A stretch of DNA of 64,000 nt from Desulfatiglandales bacterium. GTDB taxonomy: Bacteria; Desulfobacterota; DSM-4660; Desulfatiglandales; HGW-15. The stretch's first letter is position 1. Each line of letters opens with the position of its first letter. Below are positions 31,303 through 42,327 of this stretch, piece by piece. The notes beneath the pieces are model-generated. The model saw only the letters and a program-made list of their open reading frames with translations, searched no databases and was not told the DNA's origin. The position numbers and the translations under genes were made by a program. Location: the NCBI GenBank assembly GCA_963667015.2, contig CAXXJJ010000004.1, positions 1,984,001-2,048,000 of the forward strand, in the 5' to 3' direction.

Positions 31303-31304
31303 TT

Positions 31305-32195
31305 ATGAAATTAAAAGAATACTTACTAGAAAAAAGAACAATCGTTGACCAGGCCCTTGAGGACTATCTCCCTGAGGTGAACGGACCAAAGGAAGAGCTT
31401 TACAGGGCCATGCGCTACAGCCTCTTTGCAGGCGGAAAAAGACTCCGGCCCGTCCTGTGCATTGCCTCGGCAGAGACAGTGGGCGGCACCTATAAAGATG
31501 TTATGCCAGTTGCCTGCGCATTTGAAATGATACATACCTATTCCCTTATCCATGATGACCTTCCGGCCATGGATGATGATGAGATGAGAAGAGGAAAGCC
31601 CACAAATCATATGGTGTTTGGGGAGGCAATGGCCATACTGGCAGGTGACGGACTTTTAACAGAGGCATTCAGGATTATGGCATGCCCTGAACTGCTCAAA
31701 AATGCCGGTGCGGAGAGATTCAGGAGAGTAATCGAGATGGTAGCCTTCGCGTCAGGGGCAAATGGTATGGTGGCCGGTCAGGCGCTTGATATAAAGGCAG
31801 AAGGTGCAAAAATAGACACATCTCTTATGGAGATAATCCATGAGCATAAAACAGGGGCATTATTAAGGGCCTCGGTTACTACCGGAGCCATTCTTGGAGG
31901 AGGCACTGATAAGGACATAGAATCCCTTGACAAGTATGGAAAAAATATTGGCCTTGCCTTTCAGATCTCAGATGATATTCTGGACATTGAAGGCGACAGC
32001 GAAGAGATGGGAAAACAGACAGGTGTTGATATTGAGAGGGGAAAAAACACCTATCCCTCCATCTACGGCATGGAAAAATCCAAAATAATGCTAAAAGAAA
32101 TTATTGATGATGCTATCGATATGCTGTCTGCATTTGAGGATAAGGCAGAGCCCTTAAGGCAGATAGCAGTTTATATAATTGAGAGAAAAAAATAA
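31305..32195 (+). CDS. ispA: Farnesyl/geranylgeranyl diphosphate synthase
   Basis: [37 protein letters not shown]. Confidence 0.95.
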   Translation: MKLKEYLLEKRTIVDQALEDYLPEVNGPKEELYRAMRYSLFAGGKRLRPVLCIASAETVGGTYKDVMPVACAFEMIHTYSLIHDDLPAMDDDEMRRGKPTNHMVFGEAMAILAGDGLLTEAFRIMACPELLKNAGAERFRRVIEMVAFASGANGMVAGQALDIKAEGAKIDTSLMEIIHEHKTGALLRASVTTGAILGGGTDKDIESLDKYGKNIGLAFQISDDILDIEGDSEEMGKQTGVDIERGKNTYPSIYGMEKSKIMLKEIIDDAIDMLSAFEDKAEPLRQIAVYIIERKK

Positions 32196-34090
32196 TGACA
32201 GAAAGTAATAAAGAAAGTCTTCTTCAAACCATCAACAACCCGGATGATTTAAAAAAGCTGTCAATTGACAAGCTCGATCAGCTGAGTGAAGAGATAAGGG
32301 AGCTGATAATCAGGACGGTCTCCTGCACAGGCGGGCACCTTGCCCCCAGCCTCGGTGTAGTTGAGCTTACCATTGCCCTGCACTATGTATTTAATACACC
32401 CGCTGACAAGATTATCTGGGATGTCGGTCACCAGTCCTACACCCACAAGATACTAACCGAAAGAAAAGACAAGTTTAGCACTATTCGTACATATGGCGGA
32501 TTGAGCGGATTTCCAAAAAGGTCGGAAAGCCCCTATGACTCATTTGATACAGGACACAGCAGTACATCCATTTCAGCAGGCCTTGGAATAAGCACTGCAA
32601 AGGCCTTAAAGGGAGAAAAATCAAAGGTCCTGGCCGTGATAGGCGACGGCTCAATGACCGGCGGTATGGCCTTTGAAGGGCTCAACCAGGCAGGTGATAC
32701 GGAAAAAGATCTTATTGTCGTCCTTAACGACAATGAGATGTCAATAGCTCCTAATGTAGGGGCTATTTCTTCCTTTCTGAGCAGAAAAATGTCAGGAAGA
32801 AAATTTGTAAGCCTTAAAAGGGACATGGAAAATTTCATAAAATCCGTTCCGGGTTTTGGAGAAAGATTCCTCACGCTGTTCAGAAAAAGTGAAGATTCCC
32901 TTATTACCTTTTTTACACCGGGCATGCTTTTTGAGGCATTCAAGTTCAAATATATCGGCCCGATCCAGGGACACCGCTTTGACATGCTTATTGAGACATT
33001 TAATAATGTCAAAAACCTTGAAGGGCCGATACTTGTCCATGTTCTGACTAAAAAGGGAAAGGGCTACAGCCCTGCTGAAAAAAATCCTGCCCATTACCAT
33101 GGAGTGGGCTGCTTCGAGGTTGAAACAGGTTCACCCCAGAAAAAGACAGGTAAAAGTAATCCCACATATACAAAGATCTTTGGCAAAACCATGTTAGAGC
33201 TTGCAGCAAAGGATGACAAAATTTTTGCCATTACTGCTGCCATGCCCGAAGGCACGGGGCTCAATGATTTCGCTAAAAAATATCCGGAACGTTTTCTTGA
33301 CGCTGGTATTGCCGAGCAGCACGCTGTTACCTTTGCGGCCGGTCTTGCTACCGAAGGCTTCAAGCCTGTAGTTGCCATCTATTCAACCTTTCTACAGAGG
33401 GCCTTTGATCAGATTATACATGATGTATGCCTGACTAACCAGCATGTTGTATTCTGCCTGGACAGAGGAGGCCTTGTAGGAGAAGACGGCCCAACCCATC
33501 ACGGGTATTTCGATTTAACATATCTAAGAAGCCTGCCCAACATGACAGTCATGGCGCCAAAGGACGAAAATGAACTCCGCCACATGCTGTACAGCGCACT
33601 CCAGCACAATGGACCGGTGGCAATCAGATACCCACGGGGAGAAGGTATGGGTGTTGCACTGGATGAGGATTACAGGCTCATCCCCTTTGAAAACAGTGCT
33701 GAGATCCTTACCGAAGGAGACGACATTGTGATCGCCGCCCTTGGAAGCATGGTATATCCGGCGTTTGAGGCTGCAGCAGCACTCAAGGATGAAGGTATTT
33801 CTGCCAGCGTAATAAACTGCCGAACCGTCAGCCCCCTTGATAAAAAGATTATTGAACTTGCTCAGAATACGGGTAAAATTCTTATTGTTGAAGAAAACAT
33901 AAGGAACGGTGGCCTGGGCGGTGCAGTGCTGGAGGCCCTTGAAGATGCAGAAATGTACTCGGTCAAGACAAGACGGCTTGGCCTGCCGAACAGATTTGTT
34001 GAGCATGGCCCCCTTTCCCTTTTAAGGGAAAAATACGGACTGGATAAAACAGGGATAATAAAAGAAGCCAGGATACTGCTGGAAAAATAA
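32195..34090 (+). CDS. dxs: 1-deoxy-D-xylulose-5-phosphate synthase
   Basis: [46 protein letters not shown]. Confidence 0.97.
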   Translation: MTESNKESLLQTINNPDDLKKLSIDKLDQLSEEIRELIIRTVSCTGGHLAPSLGVVELTIALHYVFNTPADKIIWDVGHQSYTHKILTERKDKFSTIRTYGGLSGFPKRSESPYDSFDTGHSSTSISAGLGISTAKALKGEKSKVLAVIGDGSMTGGMAFEGLNQAGDTEKDLIVVLNDNEMSIAPNVGAISSFLSRKMSGRKFVSLKRDMENFIKSVPGFGERFLTLFRKSEDSLITFFTPGMLFEAFKFKYIGPIQGHRFDMLIETFNNVKNLEGPILVHVLTKKGKGYSPAEKNPAHYHGVGCFEVETGSPQKKTGKSNPTYTKIFGKTMLELAAKDDKIFAITAAMPEGTGLNDFAKKYPERFLDAGIAEQHAVTFAAGLATEGFKPVVAIYSTFLQRAFDQIIHDVCLTNQHVVFCLDRGGLVGEDGPTHHGYFDLTYLRSLPNMTVMAPKDENELRHMLYSALQHNGPVAIRYPRGEGMGVALDEDYRLIPFENSAEILTEGDDIVIAALGSMVYPAFEAAAALKDEGISASVINCRTVSPLDKKIIELAQNTGKILIVEENIRNGGLGGAVLEALEDAEMYSVKTRRLGLPNRFVEHGPLSLLREKYGLDKTGIIKEARILLEK

Positions 34091-34093
34091 TTT

Positions 34094-34876
34094 TTGGAAA
34101 AGATTATTTCAAAAAAGAAAATCAGGCTCGACCAGCTCATCGTTCAGAAGGGGCTGGTTGAAAGCCGTGAAAAGGCAAAGGCAATAATCATGGCAGGCGA
34201 TGTCATGGTTGACGGCATCAGGGCAGATAAACCCGGGCACAGCTTCCCCGAAGATTGTGAAATCATCCTTAAAACCGAATCTATTCCCTATGTCAGCAGA
34301 GGAGGCCTGAAACTTGAGGCTGCCATAGAGCATTTTAATATTGATACAAACGATCTTGTCATGCTCGATGTCGGTGCTTCCACAGGCGGATTTACAGACT
34401 GTCTCCTGCAAAATGGTGCAAAAAAGGTAATAGCAGTTGATGTTGGATACGGCCAGCTACACTGGAAGCTGAGACAGGATACCAGGGTTGTTGTCATTGA
34501 GAAAACAAATGCCAGGTACCTTGAGCCTGAACAGATAAACGATACCCCTGACGGAGCAGTTATAGACGTTTCATTCATTTCCCTGAAACTGATAATCCCT
34601 GTTATCTCAAAACTTCTTTCGGCGAACTCCTTTATTGCAGCCCTGATCAAACCCCAGTTTGAAGCAGGAAAAGATCAGGTCGGGAAAGGCGGAGTAGTAA
34701 GAGACGAAGAAACCCGCAAAAAAATAGTATCTGATATCAGGGAGTTCTGCATCAGCCAGGGATGGAGATCAGAAGGAGAAATTCCTTCTCCCATACTTGG
34801 GCCCAAAGGAAATAAGGAATTTCTGATTTACTTAACCCGGACAAACCTGTCCACTCCCGTAAACCCGTCTTTTTAA
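34094..34876 (+). CDS. tlyA: TlyA family rRNA methyltransferase
   Basis: S4 domain RLDQL, YVSRGGLKL, DVGASTGGFTD, KPQFEAG, GPKGNKEF. Confidence 0.95.
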   Translation: MEKIISKKKIRLDQLIVQKGLVESREKAKAIIMAGDVMVDGIRADKPGHSFPEDCEIILKTESIPYVSRGGLKLEAAIEHFNIDTNDLVMLDVGASTGGFTDCLLQNGAKKVIAVDVGYGQLHWKLRQDTRVVVIEKTNARYLEPEQINDTPDGAVIDVSFISLKLIIPVISKLLSANSFIAALIKPQFEAGKDQVGKGGVVRDEETRKKIVSDIREFCISQGWRSEGEIPSPILGPKGNKEFLIYLTRTNLSTPVNPSF

Positions 34877-34890
34877 TGGAATTATAAATA

Positions 34891-34911
34891 ATTTCCGGGA
34901 CACCCGGAAAT
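34891..34911. terminator. Hairpin between convergent tlyA and PxxKW genes
   Basis: ATTTCCGGG-ACA-CCCGGAAAT inverted repeat. Confidence 0.55.
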
Positions 34912-34961
34912 ATTCTCAGACCGGTTCACAGGATAGGAATGTCTGTTTAACAGAGAAGACT

Positions 34962-35237
34962 CTATCGACTGCCGCGCTTTGAAGCCTTAATAGGATTGAT
35001 TTTCTCTGCAGCCTTGGCTTCAACCTTGATATGGGTTGCCATATTGCAATTCCCGGAACGCCATTTCACAGCAGGATCAGGAAAACTGCTGCAGTACTTA
35101 CCGGTAGGGAACTCCTGTATTCTCTGACAACCTATACAGACATCAATAATCTGGTGGCATGAGCCGCCATTATATTGACACCCATCCTTCTTCATAAAAA
35201 AGCATTCTACGCCTTCTTTTATTGTGTTGCAAAGCAT
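34962..35237 (-). CDS. PxxKW-family small cysteine-rich protein
   Basis: Eight Cys; CIGC, YC...PDPAVKW..GNCNMATH, basic tail NPIKASKR. Confidence 0.8.
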   Translation of the reverse strand: MLCNTIKEGVECFFMKKDGCQYNGGSCHQIIDVCIGCQRIQEFPTGKYCSSFPDPAVKWRSGNCNMATHIKVEAKAAEKINPIKASKRGSR

Positions 35238-35280
35238 TATAATCTCAGCCTTTCAAAATTAGATTTTCAATAAAAATAAA

Positions 35281-35296
35281 AGCAATTTTCATGCCT
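35281..35296 (-). promoter_or_regulatory. sigma54 promoter of the PxxKW gene
   Basis: Minus strand AGGCATGAAAATTGCT: GG-N10-GC spacing, 44 bp upstream of the start codon. Confidence 0.65.
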
Positions 35297-35431
35297 CAAC
35301 CGGAAGATTTTGTCAAGAAAAAATAGTAATTTAATGATATTTCAACAAAACGCTTTATGAATCCTTTCAATAATGATAATCAGAAAACATTATTTTATGG
35401 ATAAAATTAATATATTCAGGAGTAAACCTAA

Positions 35432-36697
35432 TTGGTAAATGAATCATTTAAGCACGCCGGAAAGACAAACGGATTCTTTTACGGATATGTAATTGTTATT
35501 GCTTCATTTTTTATGCAGGTCCTTGGCCTGGGGATGTTTAACAGCTTCGGTGTATTTGTTAACCCTCTGGTTTCGGAATTTGACTGGTCAAGGGCCTCTC
35601 TTACCGGGGCAGTATCATTTGTATATGTAGTTGCGGCACTAGTCAGCATTTTACTTGGAAGACTGAACGACAGGTTTGGTCCAAGGCTCATTATGACCAT
35701 ATGCGGTATAATATTAGGACTTGGTTATCTGCTGATGTCAAAGGTCTGGTCCATATGGTCATTCTACATCTTCTGCTGTATTTTTATTGGAATAGGGATC
35801 GCTGGTATCGATGTTGTACTCCTTTCAACAGTCGCACGCTGGTTTATTAAAAAAAGAGGGATAATGACCGGCATAGTAAAGGTAGGAACCGGTGTCGGGA
35901 TGCTTGTTATGCCTATACTTATTAACAGGCTTGTATCCGTTTATGGATGGCGCACCACGCTCATGATTATGGGGGGTATAGCCCTTATCCTGTTCTTTAT
36001 ATTCGCACATTTTCTATTCAGAGATCCTTCGCAGAAAGGCCTTGCCCCGGATGGTCAGCAGCATATCTCCACAGTTAAAGACTGGCATGTTGAAAAAGGG
36101 CTCACCTTTAAAGAAGCCCTGAAAACCAGGCAGTTTTATACAATTGCCATTGTATATACCCTGTTTTATACCTGTTCAAACACAATGATGATACACATAG
36201 TTCCCCATGGTATTGACCTTGGACTTTCAGCCGCAAACGCCGCCAAGATACTTTCAACGCTTGGAGCGCTGAGCATTGCCGGAAGATTTCTCATGGGTAT
36301 TGCAGGTGACAGGATGGGTAATATCAGGGCTATGGTCATCTGTTTTATTGTCCTTTTCACCGGACTCACATGGCTCCAGTTTTCTCATAATATGTGGATG
36401 CTGATTATCTTTGCCATAGTACACGGCTTTGCACATGGCGGAGTATTTTCCGTTATATCACCAATTCTCGCCGAACTGTTCGGTACTGTGTCCCACGGTT
36501 TGATTTTTGGAATTATGGCCTTTGTCTCCTCAATAGGAGGATTTATCGGACCCGTGATGGCAGGATATCTTTTTGACAGTAGAGGCTCATATGGAATAGC
36601 ATTTATGGCACTGGCAACCTTGAGTTTTACAGGCCTCATTGCAGCGCTGACTCTTAAACCTGTCGATAAAAGAAGGAGTTCTTCCAATGGATTATAG
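35432..36697 (+). CDS. MFS transporter
   Basis: ~12 hydrophobic segments; GRLNDRFGPR motif A; WFIKKRG. Confidence 0.9.
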   Translation: MVNESFKHAGKTNGFFYGYVIVIASFFMQVLGLGMFNSFGVFVNPLVSEFDWSRASLTGAVSFVYVVAALVSILLGRLNDRFGPRLIMTICGIILGLGYLLMSKVWSIWSFYIFCCIFIGIGIAGIDVVLLSTVARWFIKKRGIMTGIVKVGTGVGMLVMPILINRLVSVYGWRTTLMIMGGIALILFFIFAHFLFRDPSQKGLAPDGQQHISTVKDWHVEKGLTFKEALKTRQFYTIAIVYTLFYTCSNTMMIHIVPHGIDLGLSAANAAKILSTLGALSIAGRFLMGIAGDRMGNIRAMVICFIVLFTGLTWLQFSHNMWMLIIFAIVHGFAHGGVFSVISPILAELFGTVSHGLIFGIMAFVSSIGGFIGPVMAGYLFDSRGSYGIAFMALATLSFTGLIAALTLKPVDKRRSSSNGL

Positions 36698-37424
36698 CGA
36701 TCTGCTGGATCTGGCAAAAAAAAGAAGAAGTATTAGACGGTTTAAACCGGATCTCATTCCGGATGAAGATATCGAAAAAATAATTGAAGTAGCCCGCTGG
36801 GCGCCTTCAGGTTTCAATATGCAGCCATGGGAGTTTGTTATTATTAAAAAGCCTGAACTGAAGACTAAAATAGTTGATTTTATAAATGAAATCAGACCGC
36901 TAACCAGAAACATGGAACAGACACGGGAAGAATGGATGGGCAAACCATGGCGCATGAAAGGCCTTACAGAAAAAAATATGGACTATACCACCGCTCCTGT
37001 CTACATTCTTTTACTGGGCGATCCCAGAACAAATGATGGTCTTCCAATGTTCATAAGGCGGGATGACAATAGCAGGCGAATAATATATTATTCAGGGCTT
37101 GCAAACGCATTTATGTATATGCATCTTGCTGCAACCACTCTGGGCATTGGAACCCAATGGGTATCAATAACCCATTCAGGATATGTCCAGTCCATGATAA
37201 AAGAGCTGCTTGGAATCCCGTCCGAGCTGGAAATATTTGACATGATTGCCCTGGGTTATCCCCAAATGACACCCAGACCCAAACTGATGCGAAACCGCGA
37301 GGAGATGATTCATTATGATGACAAAGGCCCCGATGGTTACAGAAGCATTGAAGATACCAGAGAATTTATAAAACGAGCAAGAAACTGGAACGTAGGCTCC
37401 CACAGTAGAGGACCTGATAAGTAA
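36687..37424 (+). CDS. Nitroreductase family protein
   Basis: RRSIRRF, ARWAPSGFNMQPWEF, LAATTLGIGTQW, IALGYP. Confidence 0.9.
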   Translation: MDYSDLLDLAKKRRSIRRFKPDLIPDEDIEKIIEVARWAPSGFNMQPWEFVIIKKPELKTKIVDFINEIRPLTRNMEQTREEWMGKPWRMKGLTEKNMDYTTAPVYILLLGDPRTNDGLPMFIRRDDNSRRIIYYSGLANAFMYMHLAATTLGIGTQWVSITHSGYVQSMIKELLGIPSELEIFDMIALGYPQMTPRPKLMRNREEMIHYDDKGPDGYRSIEDTREFIKRARNWNVGSHSRGPDK

Positions 37425-37526
37425 CATATCTTAAACTCTGATTTTACAGTTAAACAACAGCATGAATGCAATCTAAAAATATTGCTGTTCCTGCGCCTGT
37501 AAAATCCGGATTAAAAGGACTCGTAT

Positions 37527-39458
37527 ATGAGTAATTACGGATATGCAGGTGAGATACTAAAGGTAGATTTATCCCACAGGTCAGTCAAAAAGCTTGTTAC
37601 TTCTGATTATGCGGATCGCTTCCTGGGCGGCAGGGGAACTGGTGCAAAACTGTACTGGGATGAAACATCTCCTGACACAAGAGCCCTTGCCCCGGATAAT
37701 TGTATAGTCTGTACAACCGGACCAATAGCGGGATTTATCGGATATGCAGGATGCCGATGGCAGATGTGCGGGAAATCGCCTGCCATGGAACCTGAATCAT
37801 TTTCATATGCCAACTTTGGCGGAAGCTGGGGCACATGGCTCAAATATGCCGGATTTGACGGAATTGTCATTACAGGAAAGAGCGAAATACCTTCATGGGT
37901 ACTCATCAGAGAAGACAACATCGATATAAATGATGCAACCCATCTCTGGGGCAAGACCACCAATGAAACTGAGGATTATTTCAAAAACACACTTGGAAAA
38001 GAGGCCCGTGTGATGTGCATAGGGCCGGCAGGAGAGAACCTTGTCACCTTTTCCGTGGTGATGGCATCTGATAATGCAACCGGTTCAGGCGGATTTGGCA
38101 GCGTCATGGGGTCAAAAAATCTGAAGGCAGTGGTAATACTGATCGATAAAAAGAAAAAATCCGTGGCTTTCGATCCTAAAACTCTTAAAGACCTTTCGAA
38201 CAGGGTATATAAACTTAGAACAGAAAACTATGAAAACTATGGACATGTTGAGATTGACAGAAAACGACTCAAGGCCTGTTACGGCTGCATAAGCGGATGT
38301 GACAGGCAGGAGTTTCCCGATGAAACAGGAAGAAAATACAAACACTTCTGTCAGGCAGCGGCAGTTTATATCGAACATGCCATCGAATACAACGGTCTTG
38401 AAAGCGGCCTGCAGGTAAACAAGATTGCCAACAGGCTGAGTGACCAGTATGGACTGGATACAGCAGTGCTGATGCCTCTTTTTGACTGGCTTTCATCCTG
38501 CTATAAGGCCGGGATACTTACTGAAGAAGAAACAGGCCTCCCCCTATCAAAAATAGGAAGTCTGGAGTTTATTAAGGAACTGGTTGATAAAATCAGCTAC
38601 AGGAAAGGATTCGGGAATATACTGGCAGACGGAACAATAAAGGCAGCTGAATCGGTGGGCAGGGGATCAGAAAAGTTCTTAAGCGCTGTAATCGGTACAA
38701 GGGCAAACGAGACCAGGGATTATGACCCCAGATATATGCTTGTAAATGCCCTTATCTACGCCTTTGAGCCCAGGAGGGCAATTCAACTGCTTCATGCCAC
38801 ATCGCTTGTTATAGCCAGATGGCAGAACAATATTGATGGATTTGAAGATGCATTTATATCACCGAATAAATTCAAGGAAATAGCAAAGGAGTACTGGGGC
38901 AGCATTGAGTCCGGAGATTTTGGAACACTTGAGGGCAAGGCCCTGGCAGCCAAAAAAATACAGGACTATGGATATATGAAGGAGAGTCTTGTTATCTGCG
39001 ATCTGGCATGGCCGATATATCCGGTAAAATACAAGACGGATGATTCCGGATTTTCCGGCGTTGAGTGTAAGATTCTTTCAGCCATTACAGGAAAAAATAC
39101 GGATGAAGCTGCCTTCAACCTGATCGGAGAAAGGATATTCAACCTTCAAAGGGCAATCATGGTAAGACAGGGCACCGGAGGGATAAAGGGCGATACGATA
39201 TTGGACTTTTACCACAGGGAACCCCTTGACAGTATGTTTAAAAATCCCGAATGCATTGCCCCGGGAAAGGGCAGAGATCTGATTTCAAGAAAAGGGGCGA
39301 TTCTTGATAAAAAAGATTTTGAAAAACTAAGGGATGAATATTACACCCTCAGGGGATGGGACGTGGAAACAGGTTTTCAGACATATGCAAAACTAAAGGA
39401 GCTTGATCTGGAAGACATCGCTCAGCACCTGGATAAACTTGGACTTCTCAAGGATTAA
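37527..39458 (+). CDS. Aldehyde:ferredoxin oxidoreductase family (tungsten/pterin) protein
   Basis: GYAGEILKVDLS, LGGRG, IGPAGENLV, GSVMGSKNLKAV, CYGCISGC, GLDT, ESLVIC, GERIFNL.R, YY.LRGWD. Confidence 0.9.
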   Translation: MSNYGYAGEILKVDLSHRSVKKLVTSDYADRFLGGRGTGAKLYWDETSPDTRALAPDNCIVCTTGPIAGFIGYAGCRWQMCGKSPAMEPESFSYANFGGSWGTWLKYAGFDGIVITGKSEIPSWVLIREDNIDINDATHLWGKTTNETEDYFKNTLGKEARVMCIGPAGENLVTFSVVMASDNATGSGGFGSVMGSKNLKAVVILIDKKKKSVAFDPKTLKDLSNRVYKLRTENYENYGHVEIDRKRLKACYGCISGCDRQEFPDETGRKYKHFCQAAAVYIEHAIEYNGLESGLQVNKIANRLSDQYGLDTAVLMPLFDWLSSCYKAGILTEEETGLPLSKIGSLEFIKELVDKISYRKGFGNILADGTIKAAESVGRGSEKFLSAVIGTRANETRDYDPRYMLVNALIYAFEPRRAIQLLHATSLVIARWQNNIDGFEDAFISPNKFKEIAKEYWGSIESGDFGTLEGKALAAKKIQDYGYMKESLVICDLAWPIYPVKYKTDDSGFSGVECKILSAITGKNTDEAAFNLIGERIFNLQRAIMVRQGTGGIKGDTILDFYHREPLDSMFKNPECIAPGKGRDLISRKGAILDKKDFEKLRDEYYTLRGWDVETGFQTYAKLKELDLEDIAQHLDKLGLLKD

Positions 39459-39470
39459 TATAGGATACAA

Positions 39471-40637
39471 ATGCCTGAAAAAAACAGACTGACACTTTTC
39501 GTACTCCTCTCTGCTGCAACACTTACGGTAATGACTGGTGCTATTATATCTCCGGTCCAGAATCTTATCAGGGATGGGCTGGGAATAGATGCTGCATACG
39601 CCGGTTTAATTATAACAACCCATGGTCTTTTCATGGCTATCTTCAGTCCCTTTATGGGAAGCCTGATTGACAGAAAGGGTGTAAGAGGCCCTTTTATTGC
39701 GGGACTGTATTTATTCGGAATCGCCGGAGGGTCGGGGCTTTTAATCAATTCATACTGGCCATTGATTACAAGCAGGGCGGTTATGGGAATTGCGCTATCC
39801 GGTATTTTCACATGCATCAATGTAATCATTTTAAATACATATGAAGGAGAAAGAAGGGATAAGGTAATGGGTTGGCGAGGCAGCGCTCAAAGCCTGGGAG
39901 GTATAATATGGCCGCCTCTCGGGGGACTCCTGGGAGACATGTCATGGCACCTGCCCTTCTCAATTTACCTGTTTGCCATTCCATTGGGTATAACCGCATA
40001 TACAGCGATAAAAAACCCGGTAACATATGACAGAAAAAATTTTCAACCAGAGGAAGACATCTCCATTTTCACTATTACAAAGAACAACCCGGTAATTTTA
40101 ATTATCTTCGGGCTGGTGTTTTTTTCCAGCTTTCAACTCTATGCAATAGTCATCCATATTCCACAGCTGCTTGAACTGTTTGGCGTAACAAGTTCATTAA
40201 AAATCAGCTCTTACATTGTCTCAATGGCAACAGCAGCTGGCTTAATGTCACTTATCTATGGTAAAATAAGAGTCAGATTATCATACCATGCGATTTCAAC
40301 AGTTGGCGTGTTAATGTGGGTAATTGTTTTTTATATAATATCAATAGCCCGGTCACAGCTTACAATCATGATATCCGTTTTTTTTCTAGGGGCCAGTCAG
40401 GGTATGATAATGCCTACAGTCATGGCCTGGATAGGAGAGGTAGTCCCGGCTTCATTCAGGGGCCGTTTCAGTTCCTATCTTGGCACCTTCGGATTTATGG
40501 GGCAGTTTCTATCGCCAATATTACTTGCGCCTGCATTGATTCATTTTGGGATAAGAAAAGTATTCACAGCTTCTTCTATTGTCGGTCTTGTCTGGCTTAT
40601 TATTCTTTTGCCCGGAATCGGAAAATCAGATAGATAA
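39471..40637 (+). CDS. MFS transporter
   Basis: Multiple TM segments; GSLIDRKGVR, SRAVMG, P.SFRGR. Confidence 0.9.
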   Translation: MPEKNRLTLFVLLSAATLTVMTGAIISPVQNLIRDGLGIDAAYAGLIITTHGLFMAIFSPFMGSLIDRKGVRGPFIAGLYLFGIAGGSGLLINSYWPLITSRAVMGIALSGIFTCINVIILNTYEGERRDKVMGWRGSAQSLGGIIWPPLGGLLGDMSWHLPFSIYLFAIPLGITAYTAIKNPVTYDRKNFQPEEDISIFTITKNNPVILIIFGLVFFSSFQLYAIVIHIPQLLELFGVTSSLKISSYIVSMATAAGLMSLIYGKIRVRLSYHAISTVGVLMWVIVFYIISIARSQLTIMISVFFLGASQGMIMPTVMAWIGEVVPASFRGRFSSYLGTFGFMGQFLSPILLAPALIHFGIRKVFTASSIVGLVWLIILLPGIGKSDR

Positions 40638-40991
40638 ACTGTACACATTTTAAACGCTAACGACTTGATATTTCGTTCTATTTCATATCAGCAAAGAAAC
40701 TGTGCGGCCTTTCACTCAACCTGATTTGCCTTGACTTTACAGCCATTTTATCATCAAATTATATTATATTTTGCAGCCTTAATAACCTTTTAGAGAGGCT
40801 AAAAAATGGGGAAAAATCTTAAACTGTGCATACCTCTCTCCTGACAGATGAAGTTACTTCTGCCAGGAGATTAATTTCCATAAAATTCATTTATTCCATA
40901 ACAGCAGTCTATTTCAATTCAGTTTTAAATAGACTCTGATCAACTTTAATTAAAAGGCTCTTTAACCGGCCATTTTGAAGGGAGGCAAGTT

Positions 40992-41435
40992 ATGGAAAGA
41001 TTGTTTAATAAAATATTATGCCCTACGGATTTCTCAGATTTATCCGGCCGTGCCATAAAAAAAGCTGCTGATTTCTCTGTTATGACGGGTTCTGAACTGT
41101 ACATCGCCCATGTAATAATTCAGCAAATGGCCGACATTTACGGCATGTCAGTGCACAGCGATTTCACTGACAGGGGAATTGTAAATATTGCAGAAGAAAA
41201 AGTCAGGGAATTTACTGACGAACTTTTAACAGATACTAATTATGAAGTAATCGTAAGAAATGACATACATATATACACAGGTATACTGGATATCGTTCAG
41301 GATAAAGGAATTGACCTCGTTATTATGGCGACACATGGAAGAAAAGGTATTAAAAGACGTCTGCTCGGGAGTGCCACCGAGGCGGTTATCAGGCATGCAG
41401 ACTGTTCAGTTCTTGCATTAAGAGATAAAGAATAA
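40992..41435 (+). CDS. Universal stress protein (USP)
   Basis: KILCPTDFS, DLVIMATHGRKG..R.LLGSATEAVIRHADCSVL. Confidence 0.93.
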   Translation: MERLFNKILCPTDFSDLSGRAIKKAADFSVMTGSELYIAHVIIQQMADIYGMSVHSDFTDRGIVNIAEEKVREFTDELLTDTNYEVIVRNDIHIYTGILDIVQDKGIDLVIMATHGRKGIKRRLLGSATEAVIRHADCSVLALRDKE

Positions 41436-41591
41436 TATTTATTACATCCAATGGGGCCGACAATTTACAGTGACGGCCTCATTAGGATTCATGCCTTCGA
41501 TGTTTCTTTAAAGCAGGAATTTATAGATGACCCGTCACATATTTTCTGCTACTATTACTTTCCTTTGTAAACCTGAAACAGTGATTAACAA

Positions 41592-42314
41592 ATGATTCGA
41601 TCATTCTTTATAATACTATGGATTATTATCAGCACATTTGTAATGGGGCTTGCAGCTATCGTTGTATCTTTATTTTCACGAACAGGCAACGGGGCACATA
41701 TAATAGGCAGATGGTGGTCAAAATCCATTCTCCGGATTTCAGGCATAAAGATTAATACAAAGGGTCTGGAAAACCTTCTTCCAGATAAACCGCTTGTTTT
41801 CATGTGCAATCACCAGAGCAACTTCGATATTCTTGTGCTCTTTTCGGCACTTCCTGCACAATTCAGATGGATAGCAAAGGCAGAACTTTTTAAAATACCC
41901 ATTTTTGGGCAGGCCATGCGCGGAGCAGGATATATAAGTATAGAGAGGAAAGACAGAAGAAAGGCAATTATGAGTTTAAGGAAGGCGGCAGAACGGATCA
42001 GGTCCGGGGTATCAGTAATGATATTTCCCGAGGGGACGCGAAGTCCGGATGGAAATATAGGAGAATTTAAAAAGGGCGGATTCGTCCTTGCCTTTGACGC
42101 GGGTGTTCCCATTACACCGATAGTGCTCAATGGAACATGGTCAATAATGTCGAAGGATTCATTCAGGATAAAACCGGGAAATGTGACTCTCTCGGTATTA
42201 CCGGCAGTTAATGTTGCGGATTACGGCAAGGCAGATAAACTTAAACTTATTGAGGATGTGCGGGGAAAAATCCTGGATGCATTTGAAAATAATAAAATAC
42301 CGGAAGATAAATAA
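41592..42314 (+). CDS. plsC: 1-acyl-sn-glycerol-3-phosphate acyltransferase
   Basis: NHQSNFD, AKAELF, FPEGTRS, FKKG. Confidence 0.92.
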   Translation: MIRSFFIILWIIISTFVMGLAAIVVSLFSRTGNGAHIIGRWWSKSILRISGIKINTKGLENLLPDKPLVFMCNHQSNFDILVLFSALPAQFRWIAKAELFKIPIFGQAMRGAGYISIERKDRRKAIMSLRKAAERIRSGVSVMIFPEGTRSPDGNIGEFKKGGFVLAFDAGVPITPIVLNGTWSIMSKDSFRIKPGNVTLSVLPAVNVADYGKADKLKLIEDVRGKILDAFENNKIPEDK

Positions 42315-42327
42315 AACAGGTGACTAA

